This document shows positions 1-9,638 of a DNA stretch of 39,012 bases, in pieces. The notes below the pieces were generated by a model. The model was given only the letters and a program-made list of their open reading frames with translations, was not told where the DNA came from and made no database searches. The translations under genes were made by a program, and so were the position numbers. How positions within the stretch are numbered: position 1 is the stretch's first letter; each line of letters opens with the position of its first letter. Source of the stretch: Synechococcus sp. (GTDB taxonomy: Bacteria; Cyanobacteriota; Cyanobacteriia; Thermostichales; PCC-7336); contig JBFRWN010000061.1 of NCBI GenBank assembly GCA_051439605.1, positions 1-39,012 of the forward strand. Reading direction: 5' to 3'.

Positions 1-2
1 AT

Positions 3-182
3 ACGCCCGTGTTGTGCAAGATTCGCCAGCGGCTGACGAAGCACGGTGGGGAAACGATGGATGTTTTGGGATTGTGGCAGGGACACTTTCAGGCGCATCG
101 GAAGAGCGATCGGAAGGCGAAGGTGGCGTTGCCGAAGGCGAGAACAATGCCACAGGTGGTTGAGGGGTTGAGTATTGATTGA
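3..182 (+). CDS. 3' end of a gene truncated by the window edge, product unknown
   Basis: Frame 3 is open from the window start to TGA at 180-182 (TPVLCKIRQRLTKHGGETMDVLGLWQGHF...VEGLSID), with many G/C-ending codons. No family recognised. Confidence 0.4.
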   Translation, partial: TPVLCKIRQRLTKHGGETMDVLGLWQGHFQAHRKSDRKAKVALPKARTMPQVVEGLSID

Positions 183-235
183 GCTTTTTGGCGTGAGCAA
201 TTCCAATTAACTTTCAAGATTAATAAGGCAATGCC

Positions 236-1072
236 ATGGTTTTTCATGTGTTAATCACAACATTCGACAAAAATAGTCATTATGACTCGGAGAAATACTA
301 TTTCGATCTAGATCTGGCAAGATTATCTGAAATAGACTCAAATATTTTGAAATTTCCTTTATTTAGCGGAAAAGTTCTAATCGGTGGATATCTTATAAAC
401 TCAGAGGATGTCAAGAGAATACGAGTGTATAAAACTAATAGAAATTGCCTTGTGTCAACAAAGAATAGTTATAAGCCCGACCGCACTAAATTGCGATACG
501 ATCAATATGTCGCCAAGTTTCTTGAAAAGAATGCAACCAATATTCCCCTTCAAAGATTATCCAAATCAGAAAATATTAAGAAAACAATTGACACCAATAA
601 GATAGGTTCTGGCAATATAGGAGAGAAAACAACAGTTTTTATTGTTCATGGACATGATAACGAAGCAAAGCAAGAAGTAGCAAGATTTGTTGAGAAGAGC
701 GGTTTAGAGGCTGTCATTCTTCATGAACAAGCAAACCAAGGAAAAACTATTATTGAAAAGCTAGAAAACTATTCTGATGTTGGATTTGGTATTATTTTAT
801 ATACAGCTTGCGATGTTGGTGCAAAGGCTTCACCAGAGCCAGAATTGAATCCACGAGCAAGACAAAATGTTGTCTTTGAACATGGATATTTAATTGCAAA
901 ACTAGGTCGTCAAAGAGTTTGTGCGCTTGTGAAGGGAAATGTTGAGACGCCTAGTGATATATTAGGACTAATGTATATAAATATGGATAAAGCAGATTGG
1001 CAGATTAATTTAGCACGAGAAATGCAAAAAGAATATGGCGGTGTAATAGACCTCAATAAAATCTATTCATAA
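236..1072 (+). CDS. TIR-like nucleotide-binding domain protein (Cap12/Pycsar-type TIR)
   Basis: C-terminal motifs VFIVHGHD, ILHEQANQGKTIIEKLE, FGIILYTACD, RARQNVVFEHG and ETPSDILG. AT-rich (about 30% GC in one sampled 60-nt line). Confidence 0.85.
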   Translation: MVFHVLITTFDKNSHYDSEKYYFDLDLARLSEIDSNILKFPLFSGKVLIGGYLINSEDVKRIRVYKTNRNCLVSTKNSYKPDRTKLRYDQYVAKFLEKNATNIPLQRLSKSENIKKTIDTNKIGSGNIGEKTTVFIVHGHDNEAKQEVARFVEKSGLEAVILHEQANQGKTIIEKLENYSDVGFGIILYTACDVGAKASPEPELNPRARQNVVFEHGYLIAKLGRQRVCALVKGNVETPSDILGLMYINMDKADWQINLAREMQKEYGGVIDLNKIYS

Positions 1073-1090
1073 TCAGCAAAAGTCGTTTAT

Positions 1091-1122
1091 AAGTTCCCAT
1101 AACTGGGGGATTTAGGGGGTCG
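1091..1122. repeat. Cyanobacterial small dispersed/REP-like element
   Basis: AAGTTCCCATAACTGGGGGATTTAGGGGGTCG contains the GGGGGATTTAGGGGG core common in cyanobacterial intergenic repeats; lies between convergent genes. Confidence 0.5.
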
Positions 1123-1176
1123 CGAAAAGTTTCTCCCCTCAATCAAAACTTTTAAAAACCTTTACTTCATTTTACC

Positions 1177-1815
1177 TCAGTCGGCAGAGCTTAGCTGCTC
1201 TCGAAATTGCCTTAGAGCCCTACTGGTATTGCTTTGATACGCTAGATTTAATGTCTCTGAAACGAGTGCTTCAAGATTTCCTGCAGTGAAATACCGACTA
1301 CTATTAACTGCGATATACTGATCGTCCTCCAGCCGATAAACCCCCAACTGATCGCCCTTCAATAACCAAACTTCCGGTACTTGATAAGGAAGGTAATCAT
1401 CGATATCGGTAAAGCTAGTGACATCCACCTCGATCGCCAAATCCGGAGGGGGATCGTGCTCCCAATCAATGCAGTCTTTGCCAGCCACCGCCTGCCAATG
1501 TTCCACATATAAACAGTAGTCCGGCTCGATGCCACTCCGCTCCGGCAAATTCATCGTGATGGGAGTAAACGCCTCGTACTCCAGTTCCAAGCGATCGAGC
1601 AGAGAGATTGCCATATTGGCCAACAAATGAACCTTACGCCCGTGCTCCGGGAGAGGAACCATTAATAGAATTTCTCCCATGCGATATTTTATGCGGGGAA
1701 TAGACCTGTCCCCCCGCTGCTGAAGCAATTGCTGGTACTCAGCCCAACTCCCCGGCAAACGAACGATCGCCCCTTCAGGCAACTGAAGCTGGTCTGGCGT
1801 GACAACAGCAAACAT
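1177..1815 (-). CDS. Uma2 family endonuclease-like protein
   Basis: SWAEYQQLL...RIKY, EPDYCLY and PPPDLAIEVDVTS...VPEVW motifs of cyanobacterial Uma2 proteins. Confidence 0.9.
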   Translation of the reverse strand: MFAVVTPDQLQLPEGAIVRLPGSWAEYQQLLQQRGDRSIPRIKYRMGEILLMVPLPEHGRKVHLLANMAISLLDRLELEYEAFTPITMNLPERSGIEPDYCLYVEHWQAVAGKDCIDWEHDPPPDLAIEVDVTSFTDIDDYLPYQVPEVWLLKGDQLGVYRLEDDQYIAVNSSRYFTAGNLEALVSETLNLAYQSNTSRALRQFREQLSSAD

Positions 1816-1920
1816 GTTTCAAGACTCGTACAGCTCAGTACTAGTGTAGTTGACACCCAAATCCCGCAAGCAGTCTCAAAGGCTATCAGATCCCAGAAAC
1901 TAAAGAGTAAAATCAGTCTC

Positions 1921-2049
1921 AGTCTCGCCTGCAGGTTTTGAAGACTTTGACCTCACCTACAGGTTTTGAGGCCTTGGGTCTCGCTCTTGAGCCATGATGA
2001 TTTGGGTCTCGCCCACGAGACATGATGATTTGGGTCTCGCCTGCGAGAC
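1921..2049. repeat. Degenerate tandem array of short hairpin units
   Basis: ATGATGATTTGGGTCTCGCCCACGAGAC (1994-2021) and ATGATGATTTGGGTCTCGCCTGCGAGAC (2022-2049) are near-identical 28-mers with GTCTCG/CGAGAC stems. Three more diverged units lie at 1921-1993. Confidence 0.75.
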
Positions 2050-2117
2050 ACGTGGATTTCGGAACGTTGAGGGAATTGAACGTGCAAGAGCATTTGGACA
2101 TTTCACGCCTGAGTTTG

Positions 2118-3350
2118 TTGATAAAAAACGCTACGCGGACAAAGCCTGCTGTTTGGATAGTGGGAATCGCCACAGCATTCCTAGCCGCCTGCGGTGGTGG
2201 AGACGTCAGCACCGATCCCGATACCCCTAGCGGTTCCTCCGAAGAATTTAAAATTGGCTTGATTTTAGTCGGCCCCAAAGAAGACGCCGGCTGGAGCCAA
2301 GCGCACTTTGAAGGGGTGGAATATGTCATCAAAAACATGCCCAACGCCACCTTCGACTTCGCCGATCGCATCAACCCCGCCGATCGCCCCAACCTGCAGG
2401 CAGCTCAAGTAGCAGACGACCTGATTGACGACGGTGCGGACATGATTATCTTCAACTCCGACGACCACAAAGACGATGCCCTCGCCACCGCCCAAAAACA
2501 CCCTGACATCGCCATCATTCATTCCACCGGCGACTACGCCTGGGAAGAGGGACAGAACTTCAAGGACCAGCCCAACCTGGGCAACGTCATGGTGCAGATG
2601 GAATACGGACGGGCGATCGCCGGCTGCGCAGCTGCCCTGACCACAGAAGAGGGGAAAATCGGCTTTTTAGGGCCGCTGATTAACGATGAAACCCGGCGGC
2701 TGGTCTCCGCTGCCTACCTGGGGGCGGACTATTGCTGGCAAGTGTATCGCAATCAAAACCCCTCAGACTTAGCGTTCAAAGTGAGTTGGATTGGCTTCTG
2801 GTTCAACATCCCCGGTGTCACCCTCGACCCGACCCAAGTGGCAGACAGTTTCTTTAACGATGGCTACGACGTTGTCATGACCGGCATCGACACCCCTGAG
2901 GTGGCCACCCAAGCGGCCAAAGCCGCCGAAGCGGGAAAAGACGTGAAATTCCTCCACTACACTCTGCCCACAGGCTGCGACCTGGCCCCCGACATCTGCG
3001 TGGGGGTGCCTACTTACAACTGGGGACCGTCATATCTAGAGGCAGCTCTGGCGGCTGCCGCAGGCTCCTTTGAAGGGGAGTTCGTTTGGGCGGCCCCCAA
3101 CTGGAGTGACCTCAACGATGTCGAGACCTCTGCAGTGGGCTTCCAGCAGGGGGATGCACTCTCGGACACAGACAAAGAGTTCCTCAACGAATTTATTGCC
3201 AGGCTGGGGGATGGCAGTATCGACCTCTACGAAGGACCGTTGCAGTTCCAGGATGGCAGTGAATTTGTGGCGGCTGGCGAGACAGCTACCCTCGAACAAA
3301 TTTGGTACATGCCCCAGCTCTTGAAAGGGATTGAAGGACCCAGCGAATAA
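2118..3350 (+). CDS. BMP family ABC transporter substrate-binding lipoprotein (probably nucleoside/purine)
   Basis: Lipobox FLAAC; KIGLILVGPKEDAGWSQAHFEG and VPTYNWG motifs. Start inferred at TTG 2118, because the ORF-track start 2022 lies inside the repeat array. Confidence 0.85.
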   Translation: MIKNATRTKPAVWIVGIATAFLAACGGGDVSTDPDTPSGSSEEFKIGLILVGPKEDAGWSQAHFEGVEYVIKNMPNATFDFADRINPADRPNLQAAQVADDLIDDGADMIIFNSDDHKDDALATAQKHPDIAIIHSTGDYAWEEGQNFKDQPNLGNVMVQMEYGRAIAGCAAALTTEEGKIGFLGPLINDETRRLVSAAYLGADYCWQVYRNQNPSDLAFKVSWIGFWFNIPGVTLDPTQVADSFFNDGYDVVMTGIDTPEVATQAAKAAEAGKDVKFLHYTLPTGCDLAPDICVGVPTYNWGPSYLEAALAAAAGSFEGEFVWAAPNWSDLNDVETSAVGFQQGDALSDTDKEFLNEFIARLGDGSIDLYEGPLQFQDGSEFVAAGETATLEQIWYMPQLLKGIEGPSE

Positions 3351-4816
3351 TGCGCATCACACTGCGGGGAGTCACCAAGCGATTCGGTTCGGTTCTGGCT
3401 AACGATCGCATCTTCCTCGATATCGCCTCGGGAAGCATCCACGGGTTGCTGGGGGAGAACGGTGCGGGCAAAAGCACGCTGGTGAAGATGCTGAGTGGCT
3501 TTTTGGCTTGGGATGCAGGGGAATTACTGCTAGACGATCGTCCAACCGCAATCGCAACTCCTGCGGATGCCATTCAGGCCGGTATCGGCATGCTGCACCA
3601 AGATCCGCTGGATTTTCCCCCCATGACGGTGCTGGAAAATTTTATGGCCGGTAGAAATGGCGGTTGGTGGCTCGAACGCCGCCATCAGGCTGCTACTTTG
3701 CTCGAACTTTGTGACCGATTTGGTTTCCGGATCGATTCCCGCGAGACGCTCCTCAACCTCAGTGTGGGGGAGCGGCAGCAACTGGAAATGATGCGTCTGC
3801 TTTCTTTAGGGGTGCGCGTACTGATTTTGGATGAACCCACCACGGGCATTTCTGCCATCCAGAAGGACTTACTGTTTTCTGCCCTCAAGCAGCTAGCAGA
3901 AGCAGGCACGTCAATTATCTTTGTCTCCCACAAGCTGGAGGATGTGCAGGTGCTGTGCGATCGCGTTTCGATAATGCGTCAGGGGCGGATGGTGGGTCAT
4001 GCAGAGATTCCTTGTCCCGATCGCGAACTGGTCAAACTGATGTTTGGGGGCGAACTGGCGCAGCCCAGCAAACCGGCGACGGCAACTGGAGAGGTGCGGT
4101 TGCACCTGCGCGAGTTAGCGGTCGAAACCGAGCGCCTGCAGCTGCAGCTCGATCGCTTAGACGTACGTTCGGGGGAGGTGATTGGTTGTGCAGGGTTAGA
4201 GGGCAACGGTCAGCAGCTTCTGCTACTGGCCTGTGCGGGGTTATTGCCCCCTCGGTTGGGGGCAATAGCGTTAGATGGCCGAGATATGGCGGGGAGACCC
4301 TACGATCGCTATCTCAAATCGGGGGTGAACTATCTGCCCGCCGATCGCCTGCAGGACGGACTCATTTCTGGATTGTCCATTTGCGAGCACGTTATGCTGC
4401 GCGTTCCCAACCCCGGTTGGTTCGTGCAGCGGTCTGAAGCGATGACTGCAACGCAGGCGGCGATCGCTCGGTTCAACATTCGTGGTCAATCCCATTCCCC
4501 CGTCGAAAGCCTGTCGGGGGGCAACCAGCAGCGCACCCAATTGGCGCTGTTGCCCCCCTCCCTATCTCTGCTGTTAATGGAGCATCCCACACGCGGTCTC
4601 GATATCGAGTCAGCTTTGTGGGTGTGGCAACAGCTGCTGGAACGCTGTCGGCAGGGAACTTCTATCCTGTTTGCTTCCGCCGATCTGGATGAAATAGTGC
4701 AGTACAGCGATCGTGTATTGGTGTTCAGTGGCGGTGGTGTGTCGGAACCCATTCCCGCCCAAGAGCTTACGGCAGAGCTATTAGGGCAAAAGATTGGAGG
4801 CAAATTGCAGGCATGA
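3350..4816 (+). CDS. ABC transporter ATP-binding protein, two NBDs (CUT2/nucleoside type)
   Basis: Walker A GENGAGKS, signature LSVGERQ, Walker B LILDEPT; second NBD has LSGGNQQ and PTRGLD. TAATG overlap with the upstream gene. Confidence 0.92.
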   Translation: MRITLRGVTKRFGSVLANDRIFLDIASGSIHGLLGENGAGKSTLVKMLSGFLAWDAGELLLDDRPTAIATPADAIQAGIGMLHQDPLDFPPMTVLENFMAGRNGGWWLERRHQAATLLELCDRFGFRIDSRETLLNLSVGERQQLEMMRLLSLGVRVLILDEPTTGISAIQKDLLFSALKQLAEAGTSIIFVSHKLEDVQVLCDRVSIMRQGRMVGHAEIPCPDRELVKLMFGGELAQPSKPATATGEVRLHLRELAVETERLQLQLDRLDVRSGEVIGCAGLEGNGQQLLLLACAGLLPPRLGAIALDGRDMAGRPYDRYLKSGVNYLPADRLQDGLISGLSICEHVMLRVPNPGWFVQRSEAMTATQAAIARFNIRGQSHSPVESLSGGNQQRTQLALLPPSLSLLLMEHPTRGLDIESALWVWQQLLERCRQGTSILFASADLDEIVQYSDRVLVFSGGGVSEPIPAQELTAELLGQKIGGKLQA

Positions 4817-5823
4817 GCAAGACTCTCACCTTCCGTATTGGAGCGGTGGCGCTGTCCCTGCTCGTGATATCTCTGTTGCTGGTGACGATCGGGGCGTCTC
4901 CGGTTGAGGTGGCCCATAGCCTCTGGGTGGGGGCATTTGGGTCTGACGATCGCCTGGCTAGAATTCTTTCCACCCTTGGCCCGCTGGTGCTGGCATCGGC
5001 GGGGTTGGCGTTTACGTTTACGGCGGGGCTGTACAACCTGGGGGTGGAGGGGCAGATTGCCTTTGGGGCGATTGGTACGACGTTTGCCCTGCGTATTTTC
5101 CAGGTTGCATTCCCCCCTCCTCTCACCATCTTTTTTGGGCTAGTTTTCGGTCTGCTTGGGGGCGTAGTTTGGGGACTAACGGTGGGGGCGTTGAATGTTT
5201 ACGGCAAGGTGAACGAGATTTTTGCTGGCTTGGGGCTCAATTTTGTGGCCCAGGGGTTGGCGATTTACCTGATTTTTGGTCCTTGGAAACGACCGGGTGT
5301 AGCGTCGTTAAGCGGGACAGAACCGTTCGATCGCGCGGTGTGGCTGCCGACTGTGGGGGAGACGGAAGCTAGCTGGATTGCATTGGCGATCGCGGCTTTT
5401 GCCCTCGTTATGACCATCGTGACGTTGCGGGGGACTTATTTCGGTCTCAAATTGCGGGCAGTGGGCAGTAACTTGCGGGCGTCTTACGTGCTGGGAATTC
5501 CGGCGGTGCGGCAGCGACTGACTGCGTTTGTGCTCTGCGGTGCGCTGGCTGGTTTGGCGGGAGCGTTACAGGTGTTGGCGGTCTTTCATCGCCTGATTCC
5601 AAATATTTCAAGCAACCTCGGCTTCTTGGGCTTATTAGTGGTGATGTTGGCAGGATTTGATGCCCTATGGATTTTGCCGATCGCTTTCTTCTTCAGCGCC
5701 TTGAATGTGGGTAGCTTGCAGCTGCCACTAGCGCTGCAATTGGATTCGTCGTTGGCTGGAGTGATGCAAGGATGCCTAGTGCTATTTGTTTTGCTCGGAC
5801 GTGGAATCGCAGAGAAAGGCTGA
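4813..5823 (+). CDS. ABC transporter permease (nucleoside type)
   Basis: Multiple hydrophobic helices; GLYNLGVEGQ, VNEI and FGLKLRAVG motifs. ATGA overlap with the ATPase gene. Confidence 0.9.
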   Translation: MSKTLTFRIGAVALSLLVISLLLVTIGASPVEVAHSLWVGAFGSDDRLARILSTLGPLVLASAGLAFTFTAGLYNLGVEGQIAFGAIGTTFALRIFQVAFPPPLTIFFGLVFGLLGGVVWGLTVGALNVYGKVNEIFAGLGLNFVAQGLAIYLIFGPWKRPGVASLSGTEPFDRAVWLPTVGETEASWIALAIAAFALVMTIVTLRGTYFGLKLRAVGSNLRASYVLGIPAVRQRLTAFVLCGALAGLAGALQVLAVFHRLIPNISSNLGFLGLLVVMLAGFDALWILPIAFFFSALNVGSLQLPLALQLDSSLAGVMQGCLVLFVLLGRGIAEKG

Positions 5824-6217
5824 CTGGTTGCAGTGTCAACTTCCAGAGGCAAAGTTAGTCAAATCAATAGTGATTAACGCTAGACTCACCCCCAGCCAAC
5901 CTTCAAAATGTTATTTACAACAGAGTATAAAGATGTTTACAGCAGAATATAAAGAAAACGTAAAAGTGTATCGAAGTGTTTCGTTTCCGTATTAGAAATT
6001 AAGTATCAAATTTCCTTTACGGGTTGCCTCTCGACTCGGTTAAGTTACTTCCCATAGCAAAACGACAGAGCGATCGCGCGACTCGGACAATATTGTCTGA
6101 GGGCTCTGTCGAATCAATGCAGGCTAGCCCGCACAATTCTTTGCGCATTCACACGTTTCCGCCAAGCTCCTTTTGGGGCTCTTTTTATAAACCTTCTGAG
6201 ACTGGTTGGATAAGCCT

Positions 6218-6466
6218 ATGGCCGTTCTCATGTCCGTTGCCGCCCCCGGTACCCTCTGCTGCTACGTCAATTCATCCGTTCACGTCCAGGCGATTCGCCT
6301 GGTCCACGGTTTGAGCAATCAGTTCGAACGCATTATATTCCCGCATCAACAGCTCATGTTCGAGGCCCCGCTCGATGCTGATTTGGAGGTCACCGTCTCT
6401 AAATCTGGAACCCTCGAGACCCAGCGAATTTCTTGCGAACAGTTGCAGGTGCTGACGTCCATCTAA
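6218..6466 (+). CDS. DUF1830-like cyanobacterial small protein
   Basis: LCCYVNSS...FERIIFPHQQLMFEAP...ISCEQLQV pattern; ATG at 6218. Confidence 0.8.
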   Translation: MAVLMSVAAPGTLCCYVNSSVHVQAIRLVHGLSNQFERIIFPHQQLMFEAPLDADLEVTVSKSGTLETQRISCEQLQVLTSI

Positions 6467-6491
6467 ATGCCCTCTCATACGATTACGGTCC

Positions 6492-8000
6492 TTAACGGAT
6501 GTCGTAGCCAAACAAACTGGGATCGACTTCCTCCAGATTGAGATCGGTAAAGCCATACTCCGCCCAACGGCGATCCACCATTGCGGCAACATCCGTATCG
6601 GACTCCAACGCTTCCCCCCAGGGGTGATCCGTTTCCGGTGGAACCTTGGTAGTGGCATCAATCCCCATACGGCCTCCTAGACCCAGTTTCTCACTGGCAA
6701 AATCCAGCGTGTCAAACGGCGTCTCTGGCAAAATAAACACGTCTCGCACCGGGTCAACCTTGGATGTAATAGCCCAAATTACTTGACGAGGATCGCGGAT
6801 ATTAAGTTCCCTATCCACCACAATCACAAACTTGGTGTACGTGAATTGGGGTAACGCGCTCCAAAAGGCCAGCGCCGCTCGCCGCGCTTGGCCGGGATAC
6901 GCCTTATCGATGGAAATCACCGCTGCCTTATAGCTTAATGCCTCCATTGGCAAGAAGAAATCCACAATTTCAGACACCTGCTGCCGCAAAATCGGCGTGT
7001 AAATGCGGTTGAGGGCGATCGCAATCATGGCTTCTTCCTTAGGCGGGCGTCCGCTAAACGTGGTCAGGTACACGGGCTCGCGACGGTGGGTCATGCAGTG
7101 GAACCGAACTAACGGAGAATCCTCTACACCGCCGTAATACCCCATGTGATCTCCAAACGGTCCATCGGGAAGCATTTCACCGGGGGTAATCGTCCCCTCC
7201 AGAATGAATTCCGCATCTGCAGGCACTTCCAAATCCAGCGTTTTGCACTTCGTCAAATTAATGCCGGAACCGCCGTACAGGCCAGCAAACAACCACTCAG
7301 ACAGGTCAACGGGAATGGGAGTGGCTGCCGCCATCAGAAGCAGAGGATCGATGCCCAGGGCGATCGCAATTTCTAGCTTTTGGCCCCGTTCCGCAGCCTT
7401 GCGTAAGTGCCTCGCACCGCCCCGCACCGATAACCAGTGAACGGTCATTGTCTTGTCGGACTGCAACTGCAGGCGGTACACCCCCACGTTGGGAATTCCC
7501 GTCTCGCAGTCTTTGGTAATCACCAATCCCATCGTGATGATTTTTCCAGCGTCGCCCGGATAGGGACGAATCATTGGAATTGTGTTGAGGTTAAGCGTCT
7601 CCTCCATCACCACCTCCTGCTGACAGGGGGGCAGGAGGGCACGACCGGGCTTGGCCCTCACAACATCGAAGAGGACTTTGCCAAACTCCACCGCCTGTGA
7701 AATCTTTTTGGGGGGTTTGGGCTGCTGCAACATGCCCAACTTCTTGCCCAGTTCTTCTAGCTCCTGCGGCTGCTCCATGTTCATGGACCAACACACCCGT
7801 TCCAGCGTACCCATCAAGTTCACCGCCACCGGGTATGGAGAGCCTTTTACGTTCTCGAACAGGAGGGCAGGGCCGCCCGACGCCAACATGCGATTGCTAA
7901 TCTCGGCAATTTCCAGATCGGGATCTACAAGAGCGGTAACCCGCTGTAGTTGCCCCCGTTTGTCTAGCAGTCGAAGAAATTGGCGTAGATCGCGTGCCAT
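6492..8000 (-). CDS. ubiD: UbiD family decarboxylase (prenyl-hydroxybenzoate decarboxylase, plastoquinone pathway)
   Basis: MARDLRQFL, GGPALLFENVKG, NVGVYRLQ, DGPFGDHMGYY and GGRMGIDAT. Confidence 0.93.
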   Translation of the reverse strand: MARDLRQFLRLLDKRGQLQRVTALVDPDLEIAEISNRMLASGGPALLFENVKGSPYPVAVNLMGTLERVCWSMNMEQPQELEELGKKLGMLQQPKPPKKISQAVEFGKVLFDVVRAKPGRALLPPCQQEVVMEETLNLNTIPMIRPYPGDAGKIITMGLVITKDCETGIPNVGVYRLQLQSDKTMTVHWLSVRGGARHLRKAAERGQKLEIAIALGIDPLLLMAAATPIPVDLSEWLFAGLYGGSGINLTKCKTLDLEVPADAEFILEGTITPGEMLPDGPFGDHMGYYGGVEDSPLVRFHCMTHRREPVYLTTFSGRPPKEEAMIAIALNRIYTPILRQQVSEIVDFFLPMEALSYKAAVISIDKAYPGQARRAALAFWSALPQFTYTKFVIVVDRELNIRDPRQVIWAITSKVDPVRDVFILPETPFDTLDFASEKLGLGGRMGIDATTKVPPETDHPWGEALESDTDVAAMVDRRWAEYGFTDLNLEEVDPSLFGYDIR

Positions 8001-8116
8001 CGGTGAAGTTTTGTGAACGATTTCTTAAGCATAACGATTATTGGCAAGGGCTACGAGCAATGTTGGGTGATGCTACAAGTCTTAGCACCATTGGGTTTTG
8101 CACTTTCGTTCCCTGT

Positions 8117-8809
8117 ATGTCCTCCCTTCCTCCACAGGTTTACATTCGTGGCAACGCAGCAGGCGTTCACCTGCATCTCCCGCCCGCAAAGTTGAGTTGG
8201 CAAGAACTGTGGCCGCAGATTACTCTCCGGTTGCAGGCCACCCCTCAACTGACCTTGGGGCAATCCCATTTGGTGTTGTGGGCAGGGGATTGGCCGTTGG
8301 ATAGCCAGCAGCTAGAGGCGATCGCCTCGTTTGCTGCTACCAAGAACCTGGGCCTGCATCGGGTACAAACCTCTTGTAACCGAACGGCGATCGCCGCCGT
8401 GCAGTTGGGTTATTCTGTGGAACAAACAGCGCCCTTAGCTCCTCACCCCCTGCAGGGGGACTTCGCCAACACGCTGTATATCAACACCACCGTCCGCTCT
8501 GGCACTGCCATTCAACACAAAGGCTCTGTCGTCGTAGTGGGGGATGTCAATCCCGGTGGAGAGATTGAAGCAGGAGGCAACATCCTGGTTTGGGGACGCT
8601 TACGGGGTATCGCCCATGCCGGGGCAACAGGGTACAAAGCGGCGACCATTATGGCGCTCTATCTCATGCCCACCCAATTGCGATTAACCGATCGCGTGGC
8701 GCGGGCACCGGAGGGGGACCTGCAGTTCCCTACACCGGAAGTGGCTTACCTAGAAGGGGATGCCATTCGAATTACTAGCGTATCGGAGTATTTGCGGAGA
8801 GCTGTATGA
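8117..8809 (+). CDS. minC: Septum site-determining protein MinC
   Basis: TVRSG...VVGDVNPGGEIEAGGNILVWGRLRGIAHAGA; directly before minD. ATG 8117 preferred to the ORF-track start 7994. Confidence 0.92.
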   Translation: MSSLPPQVYIRGNAAGVHLHLPPAKLSWQELWPQITLRLQATPQLTLGQSHLVLWAGDWPLDSQQLEAIASFAATKNLGLHRVQTSCNRTAIAAVQLGYSVEQTAPLAPHPLQGDFANTLYINTTVRSGTAIQHKGSVVVVGDVNPGGEIEAGGNILVWGRLRGIAHAGATGYKAATIMALYLMPTQLRLTDRVARAPEGDLQFPTPEVAYLEGDAIRITSVSEYLRRAV

Positions 8810-9612
8810 CCCGCATTATTGTGGTGACATCGGGCAAAGGTGGTGTGGGCAAAACCACCGCCACTGCCAACATTGGGGCAGCATTGGCCAAGGCCGGCAA
8901 ACGGGTGGCGCTGGTGGATGCCGATTTTGGATTGCGTAACCTCGATCTCCTCTTAGGGTTAGAGAATCGCGTAGTCTATACGGCGATCGACGTCATCAAC
9001 GGAGATTGCCGCCTCGAACAAGCGTTAATTAAAGACCGTCGAAATCCTGACTTGATGCTGATGCCCGCTTCGCAATCGCGGGATAAAACAGCGGTCACCC
9101 CCGACCAGATGGGGGAGCTGATCGATCGCATGGCCCCCAAATTTGACTACATCTTGATCGATTGTCCGGCAGGGATCGAGCAGGGCTTCCAAAACGCAAT
9201 TGTTAAGGCTAACGAAGCCATTGTTGTAACCACCCCCGATATCTCGGCCGTGCGGGACGCCGACCGCGTGATTGGTCTGCTGGAGGCAGCCCAAATCTAT
9301 GTCACTCGTCTGGTGCTCAACCGCATTCGCCCCGAGATGGTGCATTCCAACTCCATGATGTCGGTGGATGACGTCAAGGAAATCCTGTCGGTGCCCATGC
9401 TGGGGATTATTCCCGAAGACGAGGCAGTGATCGTATCCACCAATAACGGTGAACCAATGGTAATGGCCCCCGAGTTGGCCTATGCCGGGATTGCCTTCAA
9501 CAACGTGGCCCAGCGGCTGGAAGGGAAAAAGGTTCCCTTTTTAGATGTCAGGAGCCTTAACGATACGTTTGTATCTCGGTTCAAGCGGTTTCTCAGTACC
9601 CTCAGCAGCTAA
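8806..9612 (+). CDS. minD: Septum site-determining ATPase MinD
   Basis: TSGKGGVGKTT, DADFGLRNLDLLLGLENR, DCPAGIEQGF and a C-terminal amphipathic helix. Confidence 0.97.
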   Translation: MTRIIVVTSGKGGVGKTTATANIGAALAKAGKRVALVDADFGLRNLDLLLGLENRVVYTAIDVINGDCRLEQALIKDRRNPDLMLMPASQSRDKTAVTPDQMGELIDRMAPKFDYILIDCPAGIEQGFQNAIVKANEAIVVTTPDISAVRDADRVIGLLEAAQIYVTRLVLNRIRPEMVHSNSMMSVDDVKEILSVPMLGIIPEDEAVIVSTNNGEPMVMAPELAYAGIAFNNVAQRLEGKKVPFLDVRSLNDTFVSRFKRFLSTLSS

Positions 9613-9638
9613 TTCCCAGTAGTGACGCCTCCCCCACT

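Noticed and set aside
1073..1176. attC after the TIR gene (CCCATAAC resembles an R'' box)
   Set aside because: No matching GTT R' box or extended complementarity; better explained by the common GGGGGATTTAGGGGG repeat.
1994..2049. Possible CRISPR mini-array
   Set aside because: The units are directly adjacent with no unique spacers, and there are no cas genes in the window.
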